Source: a virus
Strand: one strand, 5' to 3'
IMG/VR virus record: IMGVR_UViG_3300045988_174610
Location: 1-45,002 of that record
Length of the DNA: 45,002 nucleotides
Below the pieces are notes generated by a model that saw nothing but the letters and a program-made list of their open reading frames with translations, searched no databases and had not been told where the DNA came from. This document shows, in pieces, positions 1 through 7,395 of this stretch (its first letter is position 1; every line of letters begins with the position of its first letter). Both the position numbers and the translations under genes were made by a program.

Positions 1-55
1 AGCTGAACGTCAGCAGCCAGAGCGGAACCGGCGAAAGCGCCGAGAACTGCAACTG
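1..55. repeat. Terminal overlap copy 1 (identical to 44948..45002)
   Basis: Direct comparison: agctgaacgtcagcagccagagcggaaccggcgaaagcgccgagaactgcaactg occurs at both window ends. It lies inside one continuous porin reading frame. Confidence 0.95.
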
Positions 56-74
56 CAGCCAAAGTCTTTTTCAT
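1..74 (-). CDS. 5' end of the porin gene (signal peptide); continues from 43822..45002 across the circular junction
   Basis: Reverse strand reads ATG AAA AAG ACT TTG GCT GCA GTT GCA GTT CTC GGC GCT TTC GCC GGT TCC GCT CTG GCT GCT GAC GTT CAG, i.e. MKKTLAAVAVLGAFAGSALA/ADVQ. GGAGA Shine-Dalgarno sits 7 nt upstream (nt 82-86). The frame joins exactly with 43822..45002 once the 55-nt overlap is collapsed, giving 1200 nt in total. Confidence 0.85.
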   Translation of the reverse strand, partial: MKKTLAAVAVLGAFAGSALAADVQ

Positions 75-224
75 TTGATTTCTCCAAATCGCAAGAGAGT
101 TTTTGCAAAAACCCACCGGTAAAACAGGGCGCCGTGGACTCTTGCAAAGACACGGTCGCACACCGATGGAACGCATCGATGATGGTTGGAGGAGTTAGAT
201 AAGACAAGAAAACCGTGAAAGAAT

Positions 225-254
225 TTGGCGCGGGGGGGGGGTTAACCCTATGAA
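225..254 (+). promoter_or_regulatory. Candidate sigma70-like promoter whose spacer contains the G10 tract (TTGGCG - 18 nt - TATGAA)
   Basis: TTGGCG at 225-230 and TATGAA at 249-254; the 18-nt spacer is mostly the homopolymer. Pattern match only. Confidence 0.25.
232..241 (+). repeat. G10 homopolymer in the divergent porin/lysis intergenic region
   Basis: Counted directly (c GGGGGGGGGG ttaacc). It lies 158 nt from the porin ATG (74) and 158 nt from the ATG at 399. Confidence 0.95.
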
Positions 255-398
255 AAATTACAACACCCCTCTAAAAGTGTTCATACGCAACCTCCTGACA
301 TATGAGAAAGAGCCCCATTCCTACTATGCGCGTGAGCTGTCCATAAAGGTCGAAACTTCGGCTTGACAATGAGGACATCTGATTTTGAGGAGCACAAC

Positions 399-596
399 AT
401 GACGAAAGCAGAACTGCAGGAGATTCTTGACCGCATCGGCGTCCGCGCTGATCAGGTAGCCGAAGACTTTGAAGAGAAAGTCGACGAATGGAAGAGCGGC
501 CTGGACGCTGAAACACGTCGCGCCGTGCGCCCGTACTGGATCACGATTGCTGTGATTGCCTTCGTGCTCGGCTGCGGTGTTGGCTACCTGTTCTAA
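399..596 (+). CDS. Small tail-anchored membrane protein, first gene of the lysis cluster (function unknown)
   Basis: ATG preceded by GAGGAG. The 65-aa product ends in a hydrophobic segment, WITIAVIAFVLGCGVGYLF. Confidence 0.55.
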   Translation: MTKAELQEILDRIGVRADQVAEDFEEKVDEWKSGLDAETRRAVRPYWITIAVIAFVLGCGVGYLF

Positions 597-606
597 GGCA
601 GCGGCA

Positions 607-1155
607 ATGGTCTATCTGAAGTGGTTTTTACTTCTGCTCGTAGGGGTTCCCTTCGAGCTTTTCGCAAAGCTTTTATCCCCAGTTCTCGCGTGCTTTGTAG
701 GCGAAGACGGATGGCTTCCGGACTGGCTCTGGCTGTTTCAGACGCCCGACAACAGCTGCGATGGCGATGCCGGCCATAGAGCACGCTGGCCGCGCGATGG
801 CGTCTTCTGGACGTGGGCTCGACGAGCGGCTTGGCTCTTCCGAAACTCCGCTTACGGCTTCAATTACTTTGTGCTTGGCGTGCAATTCAAAAAAGGTGAT
901 TTGCACTGGCATGAAGGAGACCCGTCGGTCGGCGACACGTCTGGCATCAGCGGCTTGTGCAAGTGGTACTTGGAGCGCAATGGCAAGCTGATTTGCTTTC
1001 AGATTTACTACGTTCGCCACTACAAAATCTTTGGACACTGGAAATGCGTCCGCGCAGGAATGGGTTGGAAGATGTGGGGCGATGTTGAGTCCGATCCCTA
1101 CTGCCCGCACTGGGTTTACTTCAACCCCTTCAAGGGGTCGGGGCTTGAGAAATGA
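607..1155 (+). CDS. Hypothetical membrane-associated protein (N-terminal TM, Trp-rich, motif LPDWLWLFQTPDN)
   Basis: Long ORF; internal ATG at 607 with an AAGG upstream; stop overlaps the holin start (ATGA). Confidence 0.5.
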   Translation: MVYLKWFLLLLVGVPFELFAKLLSPVLACFVGEDGWLPDWLWLFQTPDNSCDGDAGHRARWPRDGVFWTWARRAAWLFRNSAYGFNYFVLGVQFKKGDLHWHEGDPSVGDTSGISGLCKWYLERNGKLICFQIYYVRHYKIFGHWKCVRAGMGWKMWGDVESDPYCPHWVYFNPFKGSGLEK

Positions 1156-1646
1156 TCCAGAGGCTTGCGGATTTTGCAGCCGTTCTGCCCCAAGGTTTTG
1201 AACGAGCCATGATGATTGTGGGCGGAAGCATGGGCGGCATTTTCACTTTCCTATATGGGGACGCGGGTCCGCTGCTGATCTGGCTGGTGGTTTTTGTAAT
1301 CCTCGACTTTGTGACGGGGACGCTGGCGGCTGTCTTGACAGGCACGTGGACGAGCAAGCGCAACATGCTCGGCGTCCTGAAGAAAATTTTGGCCTTCTGC
1401 ATCGTGGCCTTGGCTCACGGATTGGACGTTGCTTTTAACGAGTTATTGCCTTTTCAGATCATTGAATCAATCACGATTTGCGCGTACATGGCTGGCGAGT
1501 TTGGCTCGATCATCGAGAACCTGGACAAGATGGGGTTGCGGGTGGTCCCGCCTGTCGTGAGAAAGCTCATTGATGCGCTCAATGCCAAGCTTGACCGAAC
1601 CGTGGACAAGGTTGCTGAATCAGACATAAAGGAGACAGGTAAATGA
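1152..1646 (+). CDS. Holin (phage_holin_4_1 / LL-H-TcdE type)
   Basis: Multiple TM segments and the motif LDFVTGTLAA...KKILAFCIVALAHGLD. Sits immediately upstream of the endolysin and is translationally coupled on both sides. Confidence 0.7.
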   Translation: MIQRLADFAAVLPQGFERAMMIVGGSMGGIFTFLYGDAGPLLIWLVVFVILDFVTGTLAAVLTGTWTSKRNMLGVLKKILAFCIVALAHGLDVAFNELLPFQIIESITICAYMAGEFGSIIENLDKMGLRVVPPVVRKLIDALNAKLDRTVDKVAESDIKETGK

Positions 1647-2011
1647 AGATCGGACATTTCGACACGAAAGAGTTTGAATCCAAGGATGGCGCTAAGTCTC
1701 CGTTTGGTGAAACGGTGGTGCGCAAAGAGCTTGTGCATCTTCTGAACCGCATTCGAGAGAAGTGGGGTAAGCCGATCATCATCAACTGTGCTTACCGCTC
1801 GCCCGAGCATAACAAGGCTGTGGGCGGCGTGGAGAACTCGTATCACGTGCAAGGCTTAGCAGCAGACATTCGTCCTGAAAACTTGGAGGAGTTGCCAGAA
1901 CTTCAGGATTTGTGCTTGGACATGGTTACTGATGGCGGCGTTGGCGTTTACAACACGTTCGTGCACGTGGATGCACGCGGGCGTCGGGCGCGATGGGACA
2001 ACCGGAGTTAA
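1643..2011 (+). CDS. Endolysin, peptidase M15A-type (zinc D-Ala-D-Ala/L-Ala-D-Glu peptidase fold)
   Basis: CAYRSPEHNKAVGGVENSYHVQGLAADI ... VHVDAR gives the H-D-H zinc ligand pattern of M15 peptidases. ATGA overlap with the holin. Confidence 0.8.
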   Translation: MKIGHFDTKEFESKDGAKSPFGETVVRKELVHLLNRIREKWGKPIIINCAYRSPEHNKAVGGVENSYHVQGLAADIRPENLEELPELQDLCLDMVTDGGVGVYNTFVHVDARGRRARWDNRS

Positions 2012-2013
2012 AA

Positions 2014-2229
2014 ATGTGCGAGATCGACAACTTCTATAGCCGGGTCAATTCACTGCGCGATATCTATGGCCGCCTGATTAAACCTGAAGGCGTCCTAGAT
2101 GCCGACGAGCAATCAGAGATCGAAGAGCTTGAGCGTCTTCGCAAAGAGGTAGCGCGGAAACGCCGCCGTGAAGAGATCGAAGCGCTACGCCGCGAATTGA
2201 CGCGAGCGCCGTGTGCAGTGCGACTTTAA
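2014..2229 (+). CDS. Hypothetical small charged coiled-coil protein
   Basis: ATG at 2014 with GGAG 7 nt upstream. Lies between the endolysin and the spanins. Confidence 0.45.
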   Translation: MCEIDNFYSRVNSLRDIYGRLIKPEGVLDADEQSEIEELERLRKEVARKRRREEIEALRRELTRAPCAVRL

Positions 2230-2268
2230 CCATTTTCGTGACGCTACGGAAATGGTTGGAGGCAATTT

Positions 2269-2736
2269 TTGTCAGAGCGTGTTATGGGTGTATGGCTAAA
2301 GGTTGGAGGTGCGCTGATTGCAGCGGTCGTTCTTTTTGTCAGCGGATACAAATACGCATCCGCGCTCTATGAGGCTGACATTGCCGACATGCAGGCTCAA
2401 CACGCCTTGGCCCTGAAGGATAAAACAGATGAGTACCGAGCAAAAGAACAATCGCAAGCCCAACAGCTTGCGGACGCATGGGATGCGCTTGAACGCGCTC
2501 GTGCTGAGTCTGTCGATCTTCGGGCTGATGTTGACCGGGTGCGCAAGCTCGCCGATAACTATCGCTCCAGACTGTCCGCAGCCGGCACCGATTCCTGCGA
2601 CGCTATCCGAGAGCGACTCGCCAGCTGCACAAAACTTCTCGAAGAAGGTGCAAGCCTATCTGCTGAAGGTTCAGACTTGGCTGAAAGAGTAGCCGCACGA
2701 AAAGATGCGGTGGTGAAGATTTATGGTGGAAAATGA
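2269..2736 (+). CDS. i-spanin (Rz-like)
   Basis: TTG start 6 nt after GGAGG. N-terminal TM (WLKVGGALIAAVVLFVSGY) followed by a long charged coiled coil. Contains an embedded lipoprotein ORF in the +1 frame. Confidence 0.75.
   Translation: MSERVMGVWLKVGGALIAAVVLFVSGYKYASALYEADIADMQAQHALALKDKTDEYRAKEQSQAQQLADAWDALERARAESVDLRADVDRVRKLADNYRSRLSAAGTDSCDAIRERLASCTKLLEEGASLSAEGSDLAERVAARKDAVVKIYGGK
2483..2692 (+). CDS. o-spanin (Rz1-like lipoprotein), fully embedded in the Rz gene
   Basis: MRLNALVLSLSIFGLMLTG/C lipobox followed by a Pro-rich mature part. Entirely inside 2269..2736 in another frame. Confidence 0.7.
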   Translation: MRLNALVLSLSIFGLMLTGCASSPITIAPDCPQPAPIPATLSESDSPAAQNFSKKVQAYLLKVQTWLKE

Positions 2737-3005
2737 GAAGAGGGGTGGCCGTTGAGTCGCTCCTTTTTTAATAAGCTTCTTTTATAATCGGAGCCGAATT
2801 TGATCAATATCAACACTTGATAAATTCAGAGCTTCCAGACTGATGGTGGTTTTTAGGTGGCAGGAATCGTGTTAGTCGTTGTTATATAACGATAAAACGA
2901 TGCACGCTTCGGGCACCATCTACATTCGGTATAGTCTGGTATGGCACGGTTTTATTGACTGTTTCGTTTTTTTGATCGGCATATTTCGGCATAATTTGAT
3001 GCGAA

Positions 3006-3036
3006 TGGTGGCCTTTTGGTGGCCCTCGTGGTGGCT
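3006..3036 (+). repeat. Three phased TGGTGGC(C/T) direct repeats just upstream of int
   Basis: Copies start at 3006, 3017 and 3029 (spacing 11 and 12 nt). A TCGGCATA(T/A)T x2 repeat sits at about 2978-2997. Possible arm-type or regulatory sites. Confidence 0.4.
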
Positions 3037-3062
3037 CTCACTACGATGATCAAAGGTGAACT

Positions 3063-4142
3063 ATGGCATCAGTATCTAAAACCCGAAATGGCTACTGGCG
3101 AGTTCTGTGGCGTGACGATCAAAAAGTTAAGCGGCAGAAAAATTTCAGAACAGCTGCGGAAGCTAGAAAATTCGCAGCCGCTCTGGAGCTCTCGCCGGAA
3201 AGACGGTCTAGCACGATAACGGTGAGTGACTGGCTTGTCTCTTATCGCGACAATGAGTCACAAAAGAAGCGCGGCGCGAAGCAAGAGGTTTTGCGCATCA
3301 ATCGCTTTCTGCAGAGGCCTTTTGCTTCTATGAAGCTGGGAGAACTCTCCTTCAGAGATTTGCAAAAGTATTTTGATGATCGTCTGAAAGAGCCTTCCCA
3401 AAAGTACATCGGGACGTTGGCTCCGGCAACGGCACACAAAGAACTCAAGACCCTGTCAGCGGCTTTCAACGCCGCGGTCAAATCCGGCCTCATCCCCAAA
3501 AATCCTTGTGTCGGCGTTGTGCTCCCAAAGCCGGCAGAACATCGCGAGCGAACGGCCTCGGATGAAGACATTGAAGCCCTGCTCGTCGCCAGCGGTTGGG
3601 ATGGGAAGTCTGTGCCTTTAGACAAGCTGCAACTGACGATGGCAGCTTTCTTGCTGGCTTGCAAGACAGGAATGCGTTCCGGGGAAATTCTTCGCATTGA
3701 AGAGGCGTGGATCGATGGGGCGGTGATTCATCTGCCGCATGAGGTGACGAAGACTGATAGCCGTCGAGACGTTGCCTTGAGCTCAGAGGCTCTGAGAATT
3801 CTGAATCTTGTTCGCGAACTGGGAGACAAGCCACAAATCTTCGGGGCTTTGAGCGATGCCACGAGAGACGCGCTCTGGCGCAAGATTCGCGACAGGGCAG
3901 GGCTTGGTCCCGAGCTCGACTCGCAGGGCCGAGTCATCCGAGAAGGACTGAATTTCCACGACTCTCGCGCGACTTTTGCGACGTGGGCGGCGAGTCCTGA
4001 TCCGAAGACGGGGGCGCCGCGCCTTGATCTTCTGTCCCTCGCTCGCCAGACCGGGCACAAAAATCTGAAGATGCTGCAGCGCTACTACCGTCCGAAGTCG
4101 GAGGACATTGCCAAGCGACTTGACAGCATGGTGGAAAGGTAG
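3063..4142 (+). CDS. int: Tyrosine site-specific integrase
   Basis: N-terminal SAM-like domain. Catalytic boxes TGMRSGEIL (Arg), HDSRATFATW (H-x-x-R) and GHKNLKMLQRYYRP (Tyr). Confidence 0.9.
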   Translation: MASVSKTRNGYWRVLWRDDQKVKRQKNFRTAAEARKFAAALELSPERRSSTITVSDWLVSYRDNESQKKRGAKQEVLRINRFLQRPFASMKLGELSFRDLQKYFDDRLKEPSQKYIGTLAPATAHKELKTLSAAFNAAVKSGLIPKNPCVGVVLPKPAEHRERTASDEDIEALLVASGWDGKSVPLDKLQLTMAAFLLACKTGMRSGEILRIEEAWIDGAVIHLPHEVTKTDSRRDVALSSEALRILNLVRELGDKPQIFGALSDATRDALWRKIRDRAGLGPELDSQGRVIREGLNFHDSRATFATWAASPDPKTGAPRLDLLSLARQTGHKNLKMLQRYYRPKSEDIAKRLDSMVER

Positions 4143-4304
4143 GGGTCTGTGTAGAATCTTAAGAATTGTCTGTCCGAGGTTCGTTCCATTACTCGGCAAG
4201 CATTGGGTGGTTTTGCTGCGGTAGCCATCCAGTCATCGGGACAAAACCGTAGCAAAACGGCTCAGGTGTTGGTAGCACCGAGCCGCTTAAAGGAAGATTG
4301 ATAA

Positions 4305-4388
4305 ATGGAACACAAATCTTCTTCCGCTAGTATAGCAAGGCGGGTCTTGAAAATCCTGATTTTCTTGATCCTGTTCTTACTCTGCTAG
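4305..4388 (+). CDS. Possible 27-aa hydrophobic peptide (MEHKSSSASIARRVLKILIFLILFLLC)
   Basis: ATG with AAGGA 10 nt upstream. Too short for the ORF track, so coding status is uncertain. Confidence 0.2.
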   Translation: MEHKSSSASIARRVLKILIFLILFLLC

Positions 4389-4446
4389 GCGCGTAAGTGA
4401 AAGGCCTCGGACGCCTCGGCTTCCGGGGCCTGCGTGCATTTGAGGA

Positions 4447-4480
4447 CAAAAAAATTTTACCCCCGGATTGCTCCGGGGGT
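4447..4480 (-). terminator. Rho-independent terminator closing the early-left operon
   Basis: Reverse strand: ACCCCCGGA-GCAA-TCCGGGGGT followed by AAAATTTTTTT. Confidence 0.7.
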
Positions 4481-4485
4481 TCTGT

Positions 4486-4722
4486 TCAGGCCTGTTGGGT
4501 TTGATTGTCTGCCTCGATTAGCGCGTCATTGATAGCCGCCTGAAGTGCGAGCGCTTCCTGGTCAGTCATGTCGGACAGCCAGATCGTCTTGTACGAGGTG
4601 TGACAAGTGAGCCGTATGCGGCCGTTTCGAAGGGGACGGAGTTTGACGGTCATCTTTGGGTAACTCACCGGCACGATCCGTGTTTTCGCATCACTTGTTT
4701 TGGTTGAGGATGGCTCTTGCAT
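4486..4722 (-). CDS. Hypothetical protein (78 aa)
   Basis: ATG at 4722 with AAGGAA 8 nt upstream. The longer ORF-track version has an implausible N-terminus overlapping the upstream gene. Confidence 0.45.
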   Translation of the reverse strand: MQEPSSTKTSDAKTRIVPVSYPKMTVKLRPLRNGRIRLTCHTSYKTIWLSDMTDQEALALQAAINDALIEADNQTQQA

Positions 4723-5419
4723 GACTCGGTTCCTTTTCAAAGAGCAAAACCAAAGTTGGTTTCTCCAGTCGGATGAAAGTTTGTTTGTCAGGGATGCACC
4801 AGAAGATGGCGCCTTCGTCTTCTTCGAGGTAGCCGATCTCGCAGCGTCTGTGGACGTAGGCGATGCCAACCTTGCCTAGGTTGTCCATTCCATTTTGGGC
4901 GGTGTCTTTGGGATCAACGATCCAGCAGCCGCCATTTCCGACTTCCATGATTGCTTTGGTGAGGCTCATCCGGCGAGCTTCGCGTCTGGCCGTTTCGTGC
5001 TCACTTCGATAGCACTCGCGCATCATGAGTGAGTACGTAGCGAGAGCGTGCGCAAGCGGCTCAAACATCGCCTCGACGTAAGACGGCTTGGCAGGTTTGC
5101 CGGTCTTGTAAGCCTCTTCGGAGAGTCCCAAAAGGCACTGCGTTGCGGCCGTCCCCATCGTCGCAAGCAGCTCATTTTCGTCTGAGCCGTTGAATCGTTT
5201 GGAGAAGGCGTAGAACTGCTTGAGAGCGAAAAGGATGTCTTTGTACCGTTCCGGATCGTATGTTCCCAGACGGATCAAGTTGAGATCGACATTGACCACG
5301 TCGTCGATGCGCTTGATGTCGGACTCAGTCAGTTGCCCCCAGGCGTCGTACGCCCAAGCGGGAATCTTCGGCCTGCCGGGTTGGTACTTCTTGGTGCGCT
5401 TTTTCTTTGGTTTGCTCAT
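4691..5419 (-). CDS. Hypothetical protein (242 aa, basic N-terminus MSKPKKKRTKK)
   Basis: The ATG at 5419 lies just downstream of a terminator hairpin, and the ORF extension upstream would read through that hairpin. Confidence 0.55.
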   Translation of the reverse strand: MSKPKKKRTKKYQPGRPKIPAWAYDAWGQLTESDIKRIDDVVNVDLNLIRLGTYDPERYKDILFALKQFYAFSKRFNGSDENELLATMGTAATQCLLGLSEEAYKTGKPAKPSYVEAMFEPLAHALATYSLMMRECYRSEHETARREARRMSLTKAIMEVGNGGCWIVDPKDTAQNGMDNLGKVGIAYVHRRCEIGYLEEDEGAIFWCIPDKQTFIRLEKPTLVLLFEKEPSHARAILNQNK

Positions 5420-5425
5420 GGCAAT

Positions 5426-5448
5426 AAAAAAGCCGCCTGAAGGCGGCT
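5426..5448 (-). terminator. Rho-independent terminator (internal to the early-left operon)
   Basis: Reverse strand: AGCCGCC-TTCA-GGCGGCT followed by TTTTTT. Confidence 0.7.
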
Positions 5449-5510
5449 GAGGTTGGCCGCGCACCGGCTGGAAAAGCCTGCGGGAGGAACCGGCGGGCGG
5501 CCGAAGATGG

Positions 5511-5795
5511 TTAGTCGGGTTTGTAAGGCTCTGGGAGCTCTGCCCAAGCGATGACTCTGTCGTCGAATTCGTCAAACCAACTCAGGCCATCATCGCGAAT
5601 CAGACACGAGATTCCGACGCCACAGCCGCCGTCGTGTCTCCAGAAAGAGACAAGCACAATGACATTCTCTTCGGGGAGGTCACCTTCCCACACGAGGTGC
5701 AGGTAATCATCGAAAAGATCAAAGTGGTTTGAATGCTTTGATCGTTCGTAAGGAACAACCTTGACAGGATGCCACACGGTTTTGGTCTCGCTCAT
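5511..5795 (-). CDS. DUF551-like small phage protein
   Basis: W..(D)LPEENVIVLV ... VIAWAELPEPYKP pattern typical of DUF551. Start overlaps the stop of the upstream gene. Confidence 0.5.
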   Translation of the reverse strand: MSETKTVWHPVKVVPYERSKHSNHFDLFDDYLHLVWEGDLPEENVIVLVSFWRHDGGCGVGISCLIRDDGLSWFDEFDDRVIAWAELPEPYKPD

Positions 5796-6118
5796 GACTT
5801 CTTCCTCCAAGGCAAATTGATGTTTGTCGGCCGCCAGAGGTGCAGGCAGTTTTTGTGCACATCGATGTACTCCGACTGAGGCGGAAAGAACTGGATCACT
5901 TCGTCTTCCGGATCCCAGAAGAGCATCTTGATGAACTTCAGCTCTTGCCAGGTAGGAATTCGGTGCTTGAGAGAGACGCTTACGTGCTCCCAAGTTATGC
6001 CGTTGTCGTCCGTGTCCAGCGTCGCTATGACGGTGAGCTTTATGCCATCAAAGAGGATTCGGTACAAACGCCTGGTCATAAACTGCACGTGCTCATATTG
6101 TTCGGGGAATCGAAGCAT
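5792..6118 (-). CDS. Conserved hypothetical phage protein (motifs WEHVSVSL..R.PTWQEL, LHLW)
   Basis: Uninterrupted ORF, translationally coupled to its neighbours. Confidence 0.55.
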   Translation of the reverse strand: MLRFPEQYEHVQFMTRRLYRILFDGIKLTVIATLDTDDNGITWEHVSVSLKHRIPTWQELKFIKMLFWDPEDEVIQFFPPQSEYIDVHKNCLHLWRPTNINLPWRKKS

Positions 6119-6121
6119 GGC

Positions 6122-6571
6122 TCACTCCCATGTGCGGTACTCGACTGTGCTGCCTTCGCAAAGGCTTCCATACCCAAAGAATTGCCAGCGTCGTCCATCC
6201 CAAACTCCTGAAGTGCGTGCGCAAATCTTCGGAAGCTCAGGCTCAGGTCCATCCAGATTTCTGCCAGGCGTCTTGATAATGCACCGCATCATTACGCCTT
6301 CCGGCGGCGTGACGTTCGGAAAGACATTCCAATCGTGCGGGTCGTACTCTTCGAAGACTTCGATTTCGTGCTCGTAAAGAAGCATCGAGAACCGATTCAC
6401 AATTTCGTATCGACCAGGCAGTTCGCCAAAAAAGAGCCTGTAGTCTGCGTCAGTCGTCCCACGGCCTTTGATGTTTTGAAGGTTGCCTTCAATCTGACGG
6501 GAAAAGTCACCATCGCTTATCTCGTCAAGCTTCTTCTGAAGCTCCTGATCTTTGAGTCTGTACTTGGTCAT
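6122..6571 (-). CDS. Hypothetical protein (149 aa)
   Basis: Uninterrupted ORF; ATGA-type overlap with the upstream gene at 6568-6571. Confidence 0.55.
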   Translation of the reverse strand: MTKYRLKDQELQKKLDEISDGDFSRQIEGNLQNIKGRGTTDADYRLFFGELPGRYEIVNRFSMLLYEHEIEVFEEYDPHDWNVFPNVTPPEGVMMRCIIKTPGRNLDGPEPELPKICARTSGVWDGRRWQFFGYGSLCEGSTVEYRTWE

Positions 6572-7107
6572 GCGTCCTCCTCAAACTCAATACGCTGGAG
6601 AGTGCGTTTGATCTTGAATTCGATTTCGGGGGCTGTCAGCAAGTCACAATCGTCAGGTACATCCTTGTCGTTCAAGTAGATCAGCTGGTCGATCATGATC
6701 TTCACGTCAGCCAATTCCTCAATGTAGTTCAGGAAGTAGTCAGCTTCGTTGCCATCGTTCTTTTTGAGGTTTTTGATGGCAACTATTAGCTCAGCCATTT
6801 CTTCAATGGCTTTTTCTGTCTGAGCATCAAATCCAAAGTGATCTGCTATTGCTTTTAGACGAGGATCAATGCCAACCAGATGGGCTTTGCGTTGTCGGAT
6901 AGCAAATTGAGCTTTTTCGACCGCTTCGTTGCATTCGTCAAGCAAGCTTTGAACCTTGTTTTGTTCGTAATCCGTCTCGAACTCGCCTTCGGTCAAGTCC
7001 ACAAAAAGAAGTTGCACGATTGACTGAAGCGTCTCAAGTTTGATCGGCACCATGACCGGCTGTTCGCCGTTAAGTGTGAAGTCATTCATGTATGAAAAAG
7101 GCCGCAT
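6568..7107 (-). CDS. Hypothetical protein with MazG-like (all-alpha NTP pyrophosphohydrolase) C-terminal half
   Basis: EKAIEEMAELIVAI ... YIEELADVKIMIDQLIYL resembles the paired EExxE/ExxD helices of MazG-like proteins. An alternative start at 7089 is possible because the ATG at 7107 lies inside the upstream terminator hairpin. Confidence 0.4.
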   Translation of the reverse strand: MRPFSYMNDFTLNGEQPVMVPIKLETLQSIVQLLFVDLTEGEFETDYEQNKVQSLLDECNEAVEKAQFAIRQRKAHLVGIDPRLKAIADHFGFDAQTEKAIEEMAELIVAIKNLKKNDGNEADYFLNYIEELADVKIMIDQLIYLNDKDVPDDCDLLTAPEIEFKIKRTLQRIEFEEDA

Positions 7108-7117
7108 TACTGCGGCC
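7095..7117 (-). terminator. Rho-independent terminator (internal to the early-left operon)
   Basis: Reverse strand: GGCCGCA-GTAA-TGCGGCC followed by TTTTT. Confidence 0.65.
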
Positions 7118-7122
7118 GCTCC

Positions 7123-7395
7123 TTATGCTCGAAAGGTCTGCAGGGCAAGCCTGCTTTCGTCTTGGAACTTTCTCTCGATCCATCTTTCCACGTCCTTGCG
7201 AAGGTAGCGGCGGGTGCCGCCTTCGACCAGAGAGACGCAGGGCGGAAAAGTCGGGTCTGCGAGCATGTCGCGCACTGGCTTGCTGTCAGGGGCATACGCG
7301 CACATGAGCGCGATGTCCGACGCCGTGACGACTATGGACTGCCCGCGCTTGAGTTCCTTGACGACTTCTTTGGCGATTGCTTTGACGTCTGTCAT
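7123..7395 (-). CDS. AlpA/excisionase-like small DNA-binding protein (possible Xis)
   Basis: 90 aa ending ...GGTRRYLRKDVERWIERK, like excisionase-family winged helices. Position next to the recombination genes. Weak call. Confidence 0.35.
   Translation of the reverse strand: MTDVKAIAKEVVKELKRGQSIVVTASDIALMCAYAPDSKPVRDMLADPTFPPCVSLVEGGTRRYLRKDVERWIERKFQDESRLALQTFRA

Noticed and set aside
1-55. The 55-nt repeat at both window ends as attL/attR or phage terminal repeats
   Set aside because: It ends exactly at the window edges and lies inside one continuous porin reading frame that joins in phase. That fits an assembler end overlap of a circular contig better than a recombination site.
362-390. 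Perfect TTGACA at 362-367 as the lysis promoter
   Set aside because: There is no acceptable -10 hexamer at 16-18 nt spacing (TGAGGA or TTGAGG), and it sits only 32 nt from the ATG. Left unannotated.
4175-4197. GGTTCGTTCC...CTCGG as a tRNA 3' fragment marking attP
   Set aside because: The stem CCGAG/CTCGG encloses a 13-nt loop. There is no acceptor stem or CCA context, so it does not fold as a T-arm.
4486-5993. Long N-terminal extensions given in the ORF track (4486..4869, 4691..5575, 5511..5993)
   Set aside because: The extensions read through terminator hairpins or through the preceding gene and give Ser/Pro/Arg-rich implausible sequence. Internal ATGs with SD sequences were used instead.
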